From Macrostomum lignano (Eukaryota), in NCBI GenBank assembly GCA_002269645.1, contig NIVC01003798.1, forward strand, positions 1-64,000: a stretch of 64,000 nucleotides of DNA, read 5' to 3'. Positions 48,897-61,503 of the stretch are shown here, one piece after another (within the stretch, counting starts at the first letter, position 1; the number at the start of each line of letters is the position of its first letter). The notes beneath the pieces were generated by a model that saw only the letters and a program-made list of their open reading frames with translations, did not search any database and was not told where the DNA came from. A program made the translations under genes and the position numbers.

Positions 48897-50942
48897 GCAG
48901 ATAGATAGATAGATAGGCAGATAGATAGGCAAATAGATAGGCACAGGCAGATTAGATAACCCACCTCTCAGCTGTTCGGCGTGCCGTCTCTGCGTGTCGG
49001 CCTGCCGCCGCTCGATCCGGTCCTTGAGCTGGTTGATGCTCCTGGCGTGCTCCTCCTCCAGCTGGCTGTGCAGCTGCTGCCGCTTCTCCTCCCGCTCGGT
49101 CCTGTTGCGGGCCCGCTCCGCAGCGGCGGCCTCGCGCTTCTCAGCAATCTCGCGTTCTTTGCAAGCTCGGCGCTCCTGAATTTTTTTTGATGAAGATGAT
49201 GAGAGTTGTCATATTTATTGAAAAGGAAAGTTTGTATGATCGCATAATTACATTTCTTGGAAAAAACGCAGAACCACGTCTTTCATAGAAACAAATCTGT
49301 ACACAGCTTACAGTACTTCTTAGAAATACTAGCCTAGAATATATCGTTTTCTTAGAATAAAGCTTACAAGGTAGTATTTTCTTAGAAAATTAGCCTAGAA
49401 TCTCGTTTTTCTTAGAAATTTAAGCTTAAGAGTATCATGTTTTCTTCGAAACACAGACGCAACTTCCAAGTTTTCTTAGAAATTCTAACAGAAGTGCATA
49501 GAATATGCAGCGTTTCCTAGAAAGCAGAGCGGCACAGCTTACCTGCTGACTGGCCAACCGAGCGAGCCGGCTGTCCTCGATATTCTTTCGCCGAATCTCC
49601 GCGGCAGCCTCCCGTTTGGCGTTGATCTCGCTGCGTCGGCGACGGACTTTCTCCTTTTCGGCGAGTCGCTGCTCGCTCTCGGCGTGCTTGGCCGCGATGT
49701 CGGCCAGGCGTTGCTCGGCGCCGAGGCTCTGGATGAACTGGATCTCGCGGCCTTTGGTCTCCTCGTCGTGTGCTTTGCGAATCTGAGTTGCAATTAATCA
49801 TCTTTGTCAGAGATTTCTGTCAGAAATATTCTACTGTTAAAGCATTTGTGTCCAGCAGGGATACTAATCAGTATTTAAAAATAGTCAGAAAGTCAAACAA
49901 AAAACTTTTCATGCTGTCATATCTGTCAGAATAGACAATGTGTCAGACTGTCAGAATTGTGTCAGATTCAGAAGGCTACACCAACAATGTGTCAGGCTGG
50001 CAGAATTTGTGTCAGACTGTGAAGGCTAGGCTACATCAACAATGTGTCAGGCTGGCAGAATTGTGTCAGACTCTGAAGGCTACATCAACAATGTGTCAGG
50101 TTGCCACGATTTGTGTCAGACTCAGAAGGCTACATCAACAAATGTGTCAGGTTGCCACAATTTGTGTCAAACTCTGAAGGCTACATCAACAATGTGTCAG
50201 GTTGCCACAATTTGTGTCAGACTCAGAAGGCTACATCAAGAATGTGTCAGTCAGTCAGAATTTGTGTCAGACTCTGAAGGCAACATCAAGAATGTGTCAG
50301 TTAGTCAGAATTTGTGTCGACTCAGAAGGCTACATCAACAAATGTGTCAGGTTGCCACAATTTGTGTCAGACTCAGAAGGCTACATCAACAATGTGTCAG
50401 GTTGCCACAATTGTGTCAGGCAGCAGGCAATAAATCAAGCCGAACCTTCTCCTCCAGGGCCGCATTTCTCTTTGCCTCAGCCCGACTCATCCGCTGCTCC
50501 AGCAGGCAGCGCCGCTCATCCAGCAGCTGCTGTCGCTCCTGTTTTACTTCGTCGATGCGTTTAGTGAGGTCGCGGACTCGCTCCACGCGCTCCTCGAACA
50601 GGCGTTCCCGAGTTTCCCGGGCTTTTACCTGGGGGCAAGGGGCGTTAGGGACGGATTGGATATTGAAGACAGCTGCTGCATTTATTTTGTTTATTCAGTT
50701 CGAAATGCGCCGTTTGGCAGGGATGGCACGTTTTTTATCAAGCCACGGGATTAATTTGTAAAATACATGCGCTATAGCTGGCACACTGCGTACAACTGTA
50801 CTTTCATAACGAACATTTGAGCTTTGTCTACATAACAAACAGACAGGAACAGGTACAATAACAGACAGACAGTCGGACAGACACACACACATACAGACAG
50901 ACAGACAGACAGACAGACACACACAGACAGACAGACAGACAC

Positions 50943-50983
<41 letters not shown>

Positions 50984-51022
50984 AAGACAGACAGATAGAC
51001 AGACACACAGACAGACAGACAC

Positions 51023-51057
<35 letters not shown>

Positions 51058-51080
51058 GTCAGACAGACAGACAGACAGAA

Positions 51081-51113
<33 letters not shown>

Positions 51114-51177
51114 GCAGACAGACAGACAGAAAGACAGACAGACGGACACACACACAGACAGACACACAGACAGACAC

Positions 51178-51220
<43 letters not shown>

Positions 51221-51519
51221 GTCAGTCAGACAGACAGTCAGTCAGTCAGACACAGACAGACAGACGGACAGACAGACAGTCAGTCAGACAGACAGTCAGT
51301 CAGTCAGACAGTCAGACAGACAGACAGACAGACAGTCAGTCAGACAGTCAGACAGACAGACAGTCAGTCAGTCAGACAGACAGACAGTCAGTCAGACAGT
51401 CAGACAGACAGACAGTCAGTCAGACAGACAGTCAGACAGACAGTCAGTCAGACAGACAGTCAGTCAGACAGTCAGACAGACAGACAGACAGTCAGACAGA
51501 CAGACAGACAGACAGTCAG

Positions 51520-51558
<39 letters not shown>

Positions 51559-51611
51559 GTCAGACAGTCAGTCAGACAGACAGACAGACAGACAGACACA
51601 CAGACAGACAC

Positions 51612-51642
<31 letters not shown>

Positions 51643-51659
51643 CACACAGACAGACACAC

Positions 51660-51748
<89 letters not shown>

Positions 51749-54700
51749 GTCAGTCAGACAGTCAGTCAGTCAGACAGACAGTCAGTCAGACAGTCAGTCA
51801 GTCAGACAGACAGTCAGTCAGACAGTCAGACAGACAGACTCACCTGTTTCTCAGCCAGCTTGTCCGCATCAGCATCGCCCCGCTTCCTAGCGGACAGCTT
51901 GTCGTGAATGTGCGCGCACCGGCCGGGGGTCCGGGCACGCTCGCCGAAGGTCTCCTCGTCGGCGTCTTCCTCCTCCTGCAGGGCGGCCATTAGCTCCCAG
52001 GGCACGGTGGTCTGCTGCAGTCGGGTGTTCTGAGCAACCAGCTCATCCCAGGTCATTGGTCGGGTGTAATCGACAAGGTTCACCAGCTCCTCATGATTGA
52101 GAGCCGTCTCCAGCTCTGCCTGGTCCCTTTCCATCGCGTCCAGCTGTCTGAATAAACAAATTGGCAGATATGCAGATATTGGAGCATTTGGCTAAAATAA
52201 TGGATTTAATCAAAATGTTTTTATATTAGCCAAAAACGATTTTTACTCTCTAACGATGTGATTAGACTTTAAAGAGTCAAAAAATTGTGATTTGGACGGC
52301 AGATGATCTCACACTTCAGATAAAGATAGCAGGGAATCTCATCCCTGACACAGGGTTAACAGAGAATCTCATTTAATGATAAAAACATTTATCACACGAA
52401 ATTGGAATAAGAATATTAAATTGAGATAGACAGAGTATCTCATCCTGAGACTGGTAAAAGAGAATCTCACCCTGAGACTGGTAAAAGAGAATCGCACCCT
52501 GAGACTGGTAAAAGAGAATCTCATCCTGAGACTGGTAAAAGAGAATCTCACCCTGAGACTGGTAAAAGAGAATCTCACCCTGAGACTGGTAAAAGAGAAT
52601 CTCACCCTGAGACTGGTAAAAGAGAATCTCACCCTGAGACTGTGATAATAGAGAATCTCACTCTGAGACTGTGATAATAGAGAATCTCACCCTGAGACTG
52701 TGATAACAGAGAATCCCACCCTGAGACTGTGATAGCAGAGAAGAGAATCTCACCCTGAGATTTCCACAGCAAAGATTCTCACCCTGAGACTGTGATAACT
52801 GAGAATCTCACCCTGAGACTCTGATAGCAAAGAATCACATCCTGAGGCAGAAATTAAAGAAAATATCCCAATTTCAAATGTTATACAGAAAGGAAAGAGT
52901 ACAAGACGTACTGTAAGACTTTATCTAGACCAGAATCTCGCATTAAATTTGCTACCAACCTTTCCAGCTGCTCAATATCACCCGTCGACTCGTCGTCAAC
53001 TTCGCTACCAGTTCCAGCATCGGCCAAATCGTCGCTATCGAACTCTTCAACAGTTCGACTACTACTAGTAGGCCCTTCTGCTAACAATGTCGTTTCATTG
53101 TTGCTTTTATCGGTTCGAGTTTCTCCGGATTCGACGTCGCCCAACGCAGGCTCGACAATATCGACTTTCTCTGGCACCGCCGTGGCGTCGGATTGAGCAT
53201 CGACATCGGCACTGGCGGCAACGTCTTCGGGTGATCCGGTATCAGCGGTTGGAGTCGTTGGCGTTGCTTCAACAGCTACGGACGTAGTTTTGCCTGAGCT
53301 GCCGCCGCCGCCGCGTCGACCTCGGCGTACAACTGCCCAACCGCCGTCGCTGACAGACGCGGGACAAGCAGCAGCAACAGAAGCAGACGGATGAGCAATA
53401 ACTGTGGCTGCAGAAGCATTCTTAGCAGAATTTGCAACAACAGCAGCCGCAGCAGCAGACGAAGTTGAAGAAGAAGACAGCTTAGTTGAAGAAGAACCGC
53501 TAGCAGCGTTGGCAACGGCGACAACCGCGGCTCCGGCTTCAAGTAGCAGCTGCTGCTGTTGCAGACTGGCCCGGACTTTGTCTGCCCAGCTGCTGCTGTT
53601 GCTGTTATTGTTATTATTATTAGTGTTGCTACTGCTGGCTAAGTGCCCGCCGCCTGTCACGCTACCGTTAGCTGTGACCGGGCTGCGAACCCGACTGCTG
53701 CCTGCGTTCAGGCTGCGCTCAAGCACCTGGTTAATGTTTCGGGTGGATGTTTTGGTAGATTTAGGCTGAATGTTACCAAAGATATAAAAAATCAATTCTT
53801 GAGGTTTGAATCATTGATGAGATCAACATTTTTTTAAAGCGTCAAGTCGATTTGAGGACGTTTGATCGTAATTGGGAAATTCATCGAAAGTTTTATAAAG
53901 AGTTGTAGCCTAGGGGGTTGTAGCCTAGGGGATTGTAGCCTAGGGGATTGTAGCCTAGGGGGTTGTAGCCTAGGGGATTGTAGCCTAGGGGATTGTAGCC
54001 TAGGGGATTGTAGCCTAGGGGATTGTAGCCTAGGGGGTTGTAGCCTAGGGGATTGTAGCCTAGGGGATTGTAGCCTAGGGGGTTGTAGCCTAGGGGGTTG
54101 TAGCCTAGGGGATTGTAGCCTAGGGGGTTGTAGCCTAGGGGGTTGTAGCCTAGGGGGTTGTAGCCTAGGGGATTGTAGCCTAGGGGGTTGTAGCCTAGGG
54201 GATTGTAGCCTAGGGGATTGTAGCCTAGGGGATTGTAGCCTAGGGGATTGAAGCCTAGGGGATTGTAGCCTAGGGGATTGTAGCCTAGGGGATTGTAGCC
54301 TAGTGGATTGTAGCCTAGGGGATTTTAGCCTAGGGGGTTGTTGCCTAGGGGATTGTAGCCTAGGGGATTGTAGCCTAGGGGGTTGTAGCCTAGGGGGTTG
54401 TAGCCTAGGGGATTGTAGCCTAGGGGATTGTAGCCTTGGGGATTGTAGCCTAGGGGGTTGTAGCCTAGGGAATTTTAGCCTAGGGGATTGTAGCCTAGGG
54501 GATTGTAGCCTAGGGGGTTGTAGCCTAGGGGGTTGTAGCCTAGGGGATTGTAGCCTAGGGGATTGTAGCCTAGGGGTTGTAGCCTAGGGGGTTGTAGCCT
54601 AGGGGGTTGTAGCCTAGGGGATTGTAGCCTAGGGGATTGTAGCCTAGGGGGTTGTAGCCTAGGGGGTTGTAGCCTAGGGGGTTGTAGCCTAGGGGGTTGT

Positions 54701-55467
54701 AGCCTAGGGGATTGTAGCCTAGGGGATTGTAGCCTAGGGGATTGTAGCCTAGGGGATTGTAGCCTAGGGGATTTTAGCCTAGGGGATTGTAGCCTAGGGG
54801 ATTGTAGCCTAGGGGATTGTAGCCTAGGGGATTGTAGCCTAGGGGGTTGTAGCCTAGGGGATTTTAGCCTAGGGGATTTTAGCCTAGGGGATTTTAGCCT
54901 AGGGGGTTGTCCTTGAAGTGAACAGCCGTACGCAGCCTTCAGATGCGCCGCGCAATGGCTGCGGCTGAGCTGTCGGTTTCAAATCGCCCTTATTATTTCA
55001 TAACTACATAATAAGGATTTCTATTTGAGCATAGCAACTGGACCTACCTGTTTCATAATCGGCTTGCATGGCGAAGTTTTCCTCTCTTCCCAAGCGATGG
55101 GAGCCCCGCCGATTCTTTCGGCGGCGCCGTCCTCGCTGAACAGGCGAATCTTTTCAACTAGGGCGGCGAAGTCCCGGCAACAGTGCTCCAGGATGATGTG
55201 CACCTCGCGGCATTCGGCCTCGCTTTGGTCCGCTTCGCAGGTTGAATAAATTTCGTCTATAGTGCGCTTCAGATTCTCCAATAGCAGGGCCCAGTAGCGC
55301 TCCCGCAGGTCCGGGGCTCGCACTGGGGTTGAAGACTTCTTGCGGTGACCGCTCGAACTGCCAGGCTGATGCTGCAGGTATGGGGTGTTCCAGGTTTAAG
55401 ATAGATAGATAGATAGATAGATAGACAGACAGATAGATAGGCAGACAGATAGATAGATAGATAGATG

Positions 55468-55510
<43 letters not shown>

Positions 55511-55589
55511 GGATAAATAGATAGATAAATGGATAGATAGAAAGATAGATAGATAGATAGATATATAGGCAGACAGATAGATAGATGGG

Positions 55590-55656
<67 letters not shown>

Positions 55657-55706
55657 GCAGACAGATAGATAGATGGGTAGATAGATAGATAGATAGAAAG
55701 GCAGAC

Positions 55707-55753
<47 letters not shown>

Positions 55754-55762
55754 AAGGCAGAC

Positions 55763-55801
<39 letters not shown>

Positions 55802-55882
55802 AAGATAGATAGATAGATAGAAAGGCAGACAGATAGATAGAAAGGCAGATAGATAGATAGATAGATAGATAGAAAGGCAGAC

Positions 55883-55973
<91 letters not shown>

Positions 55974-55978
55974 CAGAC

Positions 55979-56041
<63 letters not shown>

Positions 56042-56571
56042 CAGACAGATAGAAAGGCAGACAGATAGATAGAAAGGCAGACAGATAGATAGAAAGGCAG
56101 ACAGATAGATAGAAAGGCAGACAGATCTACCTGGTGACTGGCAGCCGTGGACGCCGCAGAAGGTCTCCTAGACGATTGCTTCGATGCGGTGGAGGCTGGC
56201 GCAGGCGGTGCAGCAGAAGCCGCAGCGCTGGAGGCAGCGGACGCATCCTCAACTGGCACATTGAACTTGAGCAGATTCCTAGCATTAGCGCCCTCCTCCA
56301 TAACGGCCTGCTTCAACTTGTCGAAACTGTTGCTATTGACAACGCCAGCCTCGCTAGAGCCATTGGTTACAGCAGAGTCAGTGCCAGCCAATGCTGCTGT
56401 TGATGCAGAGGAGACTGGAACAGTTTTAGATGCTGATTTTGATGCGGCAGCCGATGTTGATGAAGCTTCACTCTTGGCTGCTGTAGCAGCACTATTGTTA
56501 TTTCTATTAAGTCGAGTACGATTTCGCTGCTGTTGGAGCTTCTGCTGCTGCGAGTGGGACTTAAAAGACAT
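45018..56571 (-). CDS. SCAPER: S-phase cyclin A-associated protein in the ER, 10 exons, ~1,470 aa
   Basis: Exons 56571-56131, 55371-55048, 53765-52912, 52147-51844, 50628-50446, 49782-49543, 49175-48965, 48427-47644, 46623-46257 and 45731-45018, with consistent phases. Hallmarks: [10 protein letters not shown]; [29 protein letters not shown]; [14 protein letters not shown]; a charged coiled coil; zinc finger [23 protein letters not shown]; [21 protein letters not shown]. The exon 9 donor is the weakest call. Confidence 0.92.
45762..46185. repeat. ~30-bp degenerate minisatellite, SCAPER intron 9
   Basis: CCTTGACCTTTATTGTTACTTAGTGAGCAC-like units. Confidence 0.9.
46765..47635. repeat. 21-bp minisatellite (CTCATCCCAACCCTAATCCCA, grading to ...AACGATAAT...), SCAPER intron 8
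   Basis: Seen directly. Confidence 0.95.
48451..48958. repeat. (GATA)n microsatellite, SCAPER intron 7
   Basis: Seen directly. Confidence 0.98.
49938..50420. repeat. ~50-bp minisatellite, SCAPER intron 5
   Basis: About 9 units of AATGTGTCAGGTTGCCACAATTTGTGTCAGACTCTGAAGGCTACATCAAC-like sequence. Confidence 0.92.
50838..51839. repeat. (GACA)n/(GTCA)n microsatellite, SCAPER intron 4
   Basis: Seen directly. Confidence 0.98.
52425..52830. repeat. 27-bp minisatellite (GAGACTGGTAAAAGAGAATCTCACCCT), SCAPER intron 3
   Basis: Seven to eight near-perfect units plus degenerate flanking copies. Confidence 0.94.
53902..54910. repeat. 15-bp minisatellite (GG[G/A]TTGTAGCCTAGG), ~67 units, SCAPER intron 2
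   Basis: Seen directly. Confidence 0.98.
54909..54978 (+). mobile_element. 3' tail fragment of the SINE family at 10440-10712
   Basis: TGAACAGCCGTACGCAGCCTTCAGATGCGCCGCGCAAT[G/A]GCTGCGGCTGAGCTGTCGGTT is the near-exact reverse complement of 10444-10504. Confidence 0.9.
55399..56126. repeat. (GATA)n/(GGCA/GACA) microsatellite, SCAPER intron 1
   Basis: Seen directly. Confidence 0.98.
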
Positions 56572-59500
56572 TGCTGATGCGTGTGCACCTGCAATTGGGG
56601 CATTGCAGGTCAGCTATAGGTTACAAAAAATGACACCCTTTAAAAGTATTATTTTTGCTTCTTTAAAGCATTATTCAAAATTATGGTTCCAGATTCACAC
56701 TGCCAGTTGGTGTTAGTCAACTTTTCAAACTTTGCTAAAAAGTTGGTTGAAGCAAATCAATTTAGTTAGAAGTTATATACAATCATTTCGAACATCTGAG
56801 ATCAAAATTTATTATCTATCAAAATTTATTACATTAAAATTGAAGTTGATAATATGAAATAGGCTAATTATAATATATAGTTTAATTTAATTTATATAGT
56901 TTGATTATAACTCATTTCTAGTAATGCTTTGGTAGCATTCTGATGCACTATGGTATTGTTCTGATATATTCTAGTATTGTTCTAATGTATTTTAGTATTC
57001 TGGCCTGAGTAGTCTTTACTACTATATATATGCGCAATTGCTGGCTACCTGGCTGATCTGGCCACTGTAAATTGTGATAGATAATAAGCTGCAAAAATGC
57101 CTGCCCAAAAGAATATATATATATATAGTACTAATTGGATGACAAGGCATTTAGCTTTAATAAGATAAATTATAGTTACTCTTGCCATTTACTAGAAATT
57201 GTATAAATTTTTGCCCTTTAAGGTTTCTTTTATATATAAGGCACATTTTTGGTCAAAAAATAATTTGCATAGCCAGTAAAAATCAGGAAGGATGCATATA
57301 TATGTACTAATACATATACTTCTCCCGATTTGGCTACTACTGGGATTAGAATATCATAGCATAACTCTGGATTTTTTTAATAACTTTTAATTCTCCCTCT
57401 TGATAAATCTCTGAACTATTTTCAAAAACTTTGGAAATGACTAATTTACTTTAACTTTAAGCTTATTGTTTTAAGGTTTCAAGGTTTATTGTTTTAAACT
57501 ACTTAAGATTTAACTTATGAAATAAGTTGATTTCATTTGAGATAAAATCACTCCTATATATAATTGTTTTCCTCCATGCATTAATAACAAAAATAATTCA
57601 ACAATTTATTTTTCATAGTAAAATAAATATATTTAATGTATTCAAATGAAAATATTATTTAGCCTCTGCTAATTTGGTACAAAAATGATAAAAAGTAACA
57701 CTACTATAAATTCTACTCTATTATGTTATTGTGGTAGTGCAGGCTACCACAAGAGGTTTGGAACTGTTTAATTGTCCAAAGACATTTTTCCACAAAGCCC
57801 CCCCCCCCACACCTCCCTCTTCAATGACAAAATCTGTCATCATTGCCCACCCTTGGTCTGTCCCTTCCATTGGTCTCCCTGGTCCTGCCCCTGTTCCTAT
57901 GTCTGTCTCCACTGTTGACCTATCCAATGTTTTATTTTGTTTTACTTGCTTTTCTGCATTGGTACTTGTGTTGACCTATCCCGTGGGCTCCTATTCCGCC
58001 TGTTGCCCTGCTAGTTGCCCCATTCCTCACTCAACCATTTGTCCCACGCATTGGTGATTTTGTTGTCAATACTGATATGGCTAGACTGGCCGCATTTCAT
58101 GCATCCTCTTATCCCCTTGTTTCCTTTTGATTGCTTGTTTCCTACTCCTTTTTTACTTTTTGCTTCATTACTTAATTACTTAATTACTACTAGTTTATTT
58201 ATTTATTTCTTATTTGCCTCACTGAGAGTGCACAACCATTTGTTTAATTTCCAATAGTATATTCAGCCCCTTGGCACAGCCAGAGCAATCTTGCTTGTTT
58301 GTCCTATTATTAATATCAGTTAGCTTACTTAAAAAATTAATAAACCCTAACTCGTTATTTATTCACATAAATTATTAAAGCCCTGTTCATTTATCTTGAG
58401 TCATTTGCCTGTGGGACATATAATAACCAAATCTCAACTCTGAATGAGCTCAGCTTGGAGATATCAACATTTCTTAATCCAAAATTATAGTAGTGTCAGC
58501 ACTACTTTACTGAAAGTAATCAGTTAAGCAAATTGGCAAACATTGAAATTTACAATGTCAAGACCTTGGTGTCTACCATCTAAATGACTATACCTGCTAA
58601 AGACTGCTTGACTGCGATTATGACTACCTTCCCCCTGGAATTGAGGACCCAGCAGATGGAATATCTATGGAGAAAATTAACCCAAACAAGTCAATGAAAC
58701 TTTCTAGCTTTACAAGTGCTAAGTTAGGGATGGCGGCAATTTGAAGGTGGAATTTTTACAAGAATTGGTCAACCACTGCTCCAAAAGTGTTCTTTTCTCT
58801 GCCCCCACCTCATTGGTGTCAGCTAAGTGGGATTACAAAATGGCAAAACCCATTTGACGAGTCCTTCAGAATTTACATAATGGCTTTGACTACTAACTCA
58901 ATGGCCGCAGACACAACAGCTGATGCTGTAGGCCCCAACAATTCAGCTACAAGACCAACCTACGACAAGATGATCTGTGCAAGATGATCTGTTAAGTCCA
59001 ACCTTTTCATGGTCATATTTGTCATATAATGTTTTAGAAACAGTCTAAAACAGGCTATCAGTGTAGGCATAAAAGTACTAAGGTTGCAGGGCTGCACAAG
59101 AAGTTACTAAATTACTAATTATCTGCCCATTCTTCTCACTGTCCTTGTTTATAAAGATAGTTTATGTGGTTTATGAAGATAGTTTATGTAAAAAGTCTAA
59201 TAATCTAAAGAAATCTAACATTCATTCATCACAGCAATGACATCAGTGACAGCAGCAGTAGCAGCAGCAATGATAGCTCTAGCAACAACAGTGTCACAAT
59301 CCAACCTGACAATGACAAAGAGGCTACCATCATCGTGGATAAGCAATGCAGATTGTTGATGCCAGTGTCAGCACAGCCATTGAAACAGTTCATGCTAGTG
59401 TTGGCACAGCCATCGAAAGTGTTGATGTCGGTGTTGGCACAGCCATCAAAGCTGTAAATGCCAGGGTTGACATAGATGTCAAAAGTGTTGATGTTGGTGT

Positions 59501-60618
59501 CGGCATAGCTGTCATAGCTGTAGATGCCAGTGTTGGCACAGATGTCAAAAGTGTTGATGTTGGTATTGGCACAGCTATCAAAACTGCTGATGCCAGTGTT
59601 GACAATGAACATATTGAGGACTACGGCAACAACTATACAACCATCATTCTGACAAAAAGTGAGGATGAGTCTATTAATTCTAATGATAACAAGCTAGATT
59701 CTTCACTTAGACATACTGCACAATCTGGTGCTGGCTGCTCGACAATGCTTAACATGTATGCCAAACATAAACAATTGCTTCAGTTGATAAATTGCACTAT
59801 TGGGCGCTCAATTCGACAAGTCATTGAAGACCTACAAACAAATGGGCCAGGCAGCGCGCATCCCATGCTGCCCAGCAAGAGGAGCTATATGAATTAAGTA
59901 GAAAGTCATCCTTCGCTCCACTTTTGCTCATTGGCTGAGCAAGACAAAATTCACAATCTTATGTCATTGTTTGTGAATATGTGGAAGAGTAAGTTCACCA
60001 TCTTGAAGAAGTCAATGGAATTGAATTAAACCATTGAGCAGGTTTTTTAAACTCTTTAAACTCCAAATATGTCATTTTGTTCATGTTTAATTGAATGTTT
60101 AATCCCAATTTATCATATTGATGATCTTATCAATGTAATGCTGTGTATGCTTGATTAATGAAGTATGCTTTGAAGGCTTAATCTCCTTTTCTGGTATGTT
60201 TTTTAGTACTCTAACCCAAATAAATTATAATTCAGCTTGCTTCATGCAAAACTGACTTTTAGCAAGTCGATTTGAATGACTCAATAATTTTTTACTTTTA
60301 CTTTCTTGTGCAACTAAGTTTACATTTAAGAATAGATAGATTTTTACATCTAGTTTCTTTAATTTTCAAAGATAAAGGTTAAATGCACATTAATCTATCA
60401 CTTCCAGCCCTTCTTAAAAAATATCGGCTTCTGATGAAAAACTTAGGCACAGTCTGACACACAGAAGCCAAAAGTCACGGCCAAGAGCGAGTACATCATA
60501 GCCGAGAGCGAGTACATCATAGCCATGAGCAAGTACTTCATGGCCACAGATCTCAATAAGGGAGCTCCATCGGTTATGATGATTGCCTCTATACCCCTTC
60601 ATGGCCATGAGTTCAATG

Positions 60619-61404
60619 GGCTCATTCCATATAAGATAGACATATTTGGAAAATAGAAAAAAGTCAATATTTTTGCTTGCCATTGCCTAATTAGCCTATT
60701 TTTTTACCAAATGTTTATATTGTGCAATATATACAATCTAAGAATAAAGGAATGGTAAAATGTTGGATTAGTATGTTATCAATTGGCAAAAAGTCATTTT
60801 TGTAAAAATTTGGACATTTTTCGAAGCAAAAGACATCATTAAGATTTTGTACCTTTTAAAAACAAATAGAAAGCTTTTGAAGGTTGAAACAAACTATAGA
60901 TAAAAGTATAGTACTTGCATCATCAGATAAAAGCATTGGTGACCAAATAATCTATTATATTTTTAATGTATTAGTACCTCAAAGTTACTGAATTGACAGA
61001 AAAAAATATGTTACGACCATAATGTTACGACCATAAGGCTGCCTTTTCTTTTGTATCTTTGTTGCCTTTTGAGTTTATATATTCTAATAAAAGAGTATGA
61101 TTTCTAAAGATGTTCTTAGTCAAATTTTAAAAATGTATTGCAAAATATAAAAAATGAAAAATGTTATAAGACTTTTACCTTTTAGTTTCTATATGTCAAA
61201 AATCCTGTCGTTACGACCATAAGTGTCATTTAAGGTTTAATAGCATCTATACTAATGATGATATCTATATGAAACTCTATAAATATATTCTAGACAAAAT
61301 AATCTTTCATTTAAAATATTGGTTTAGTATATTCTATTATTAGATTTCATTTTATAAGTAAAAATAACCTGTCATGTTACGACCATGCTTATATGGAATG
61401 AGCC
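60619..61404. mobile_element. Non-autonomous DNA transposon (MITE, 786 bp) nested in the old Gypsy
   Basis: Perfect 17-bp TIRs GGCTCATTCCATATAAG / CTTATATGGAATGAGCC, AATG on both flanks, AT-rich interior, four GTTACGACCAT motifs. Confidence 0.85.
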
Positions 61405-61503
61405 AATGAATTTCCTAATGCTATCCAGTTCTAGTTCTAGAGATCTATAAATCTAGAAATAGTTCTAGAAGTTCTAGAAGTTCTAGAAATCTATGGGCAA
61501 TGC

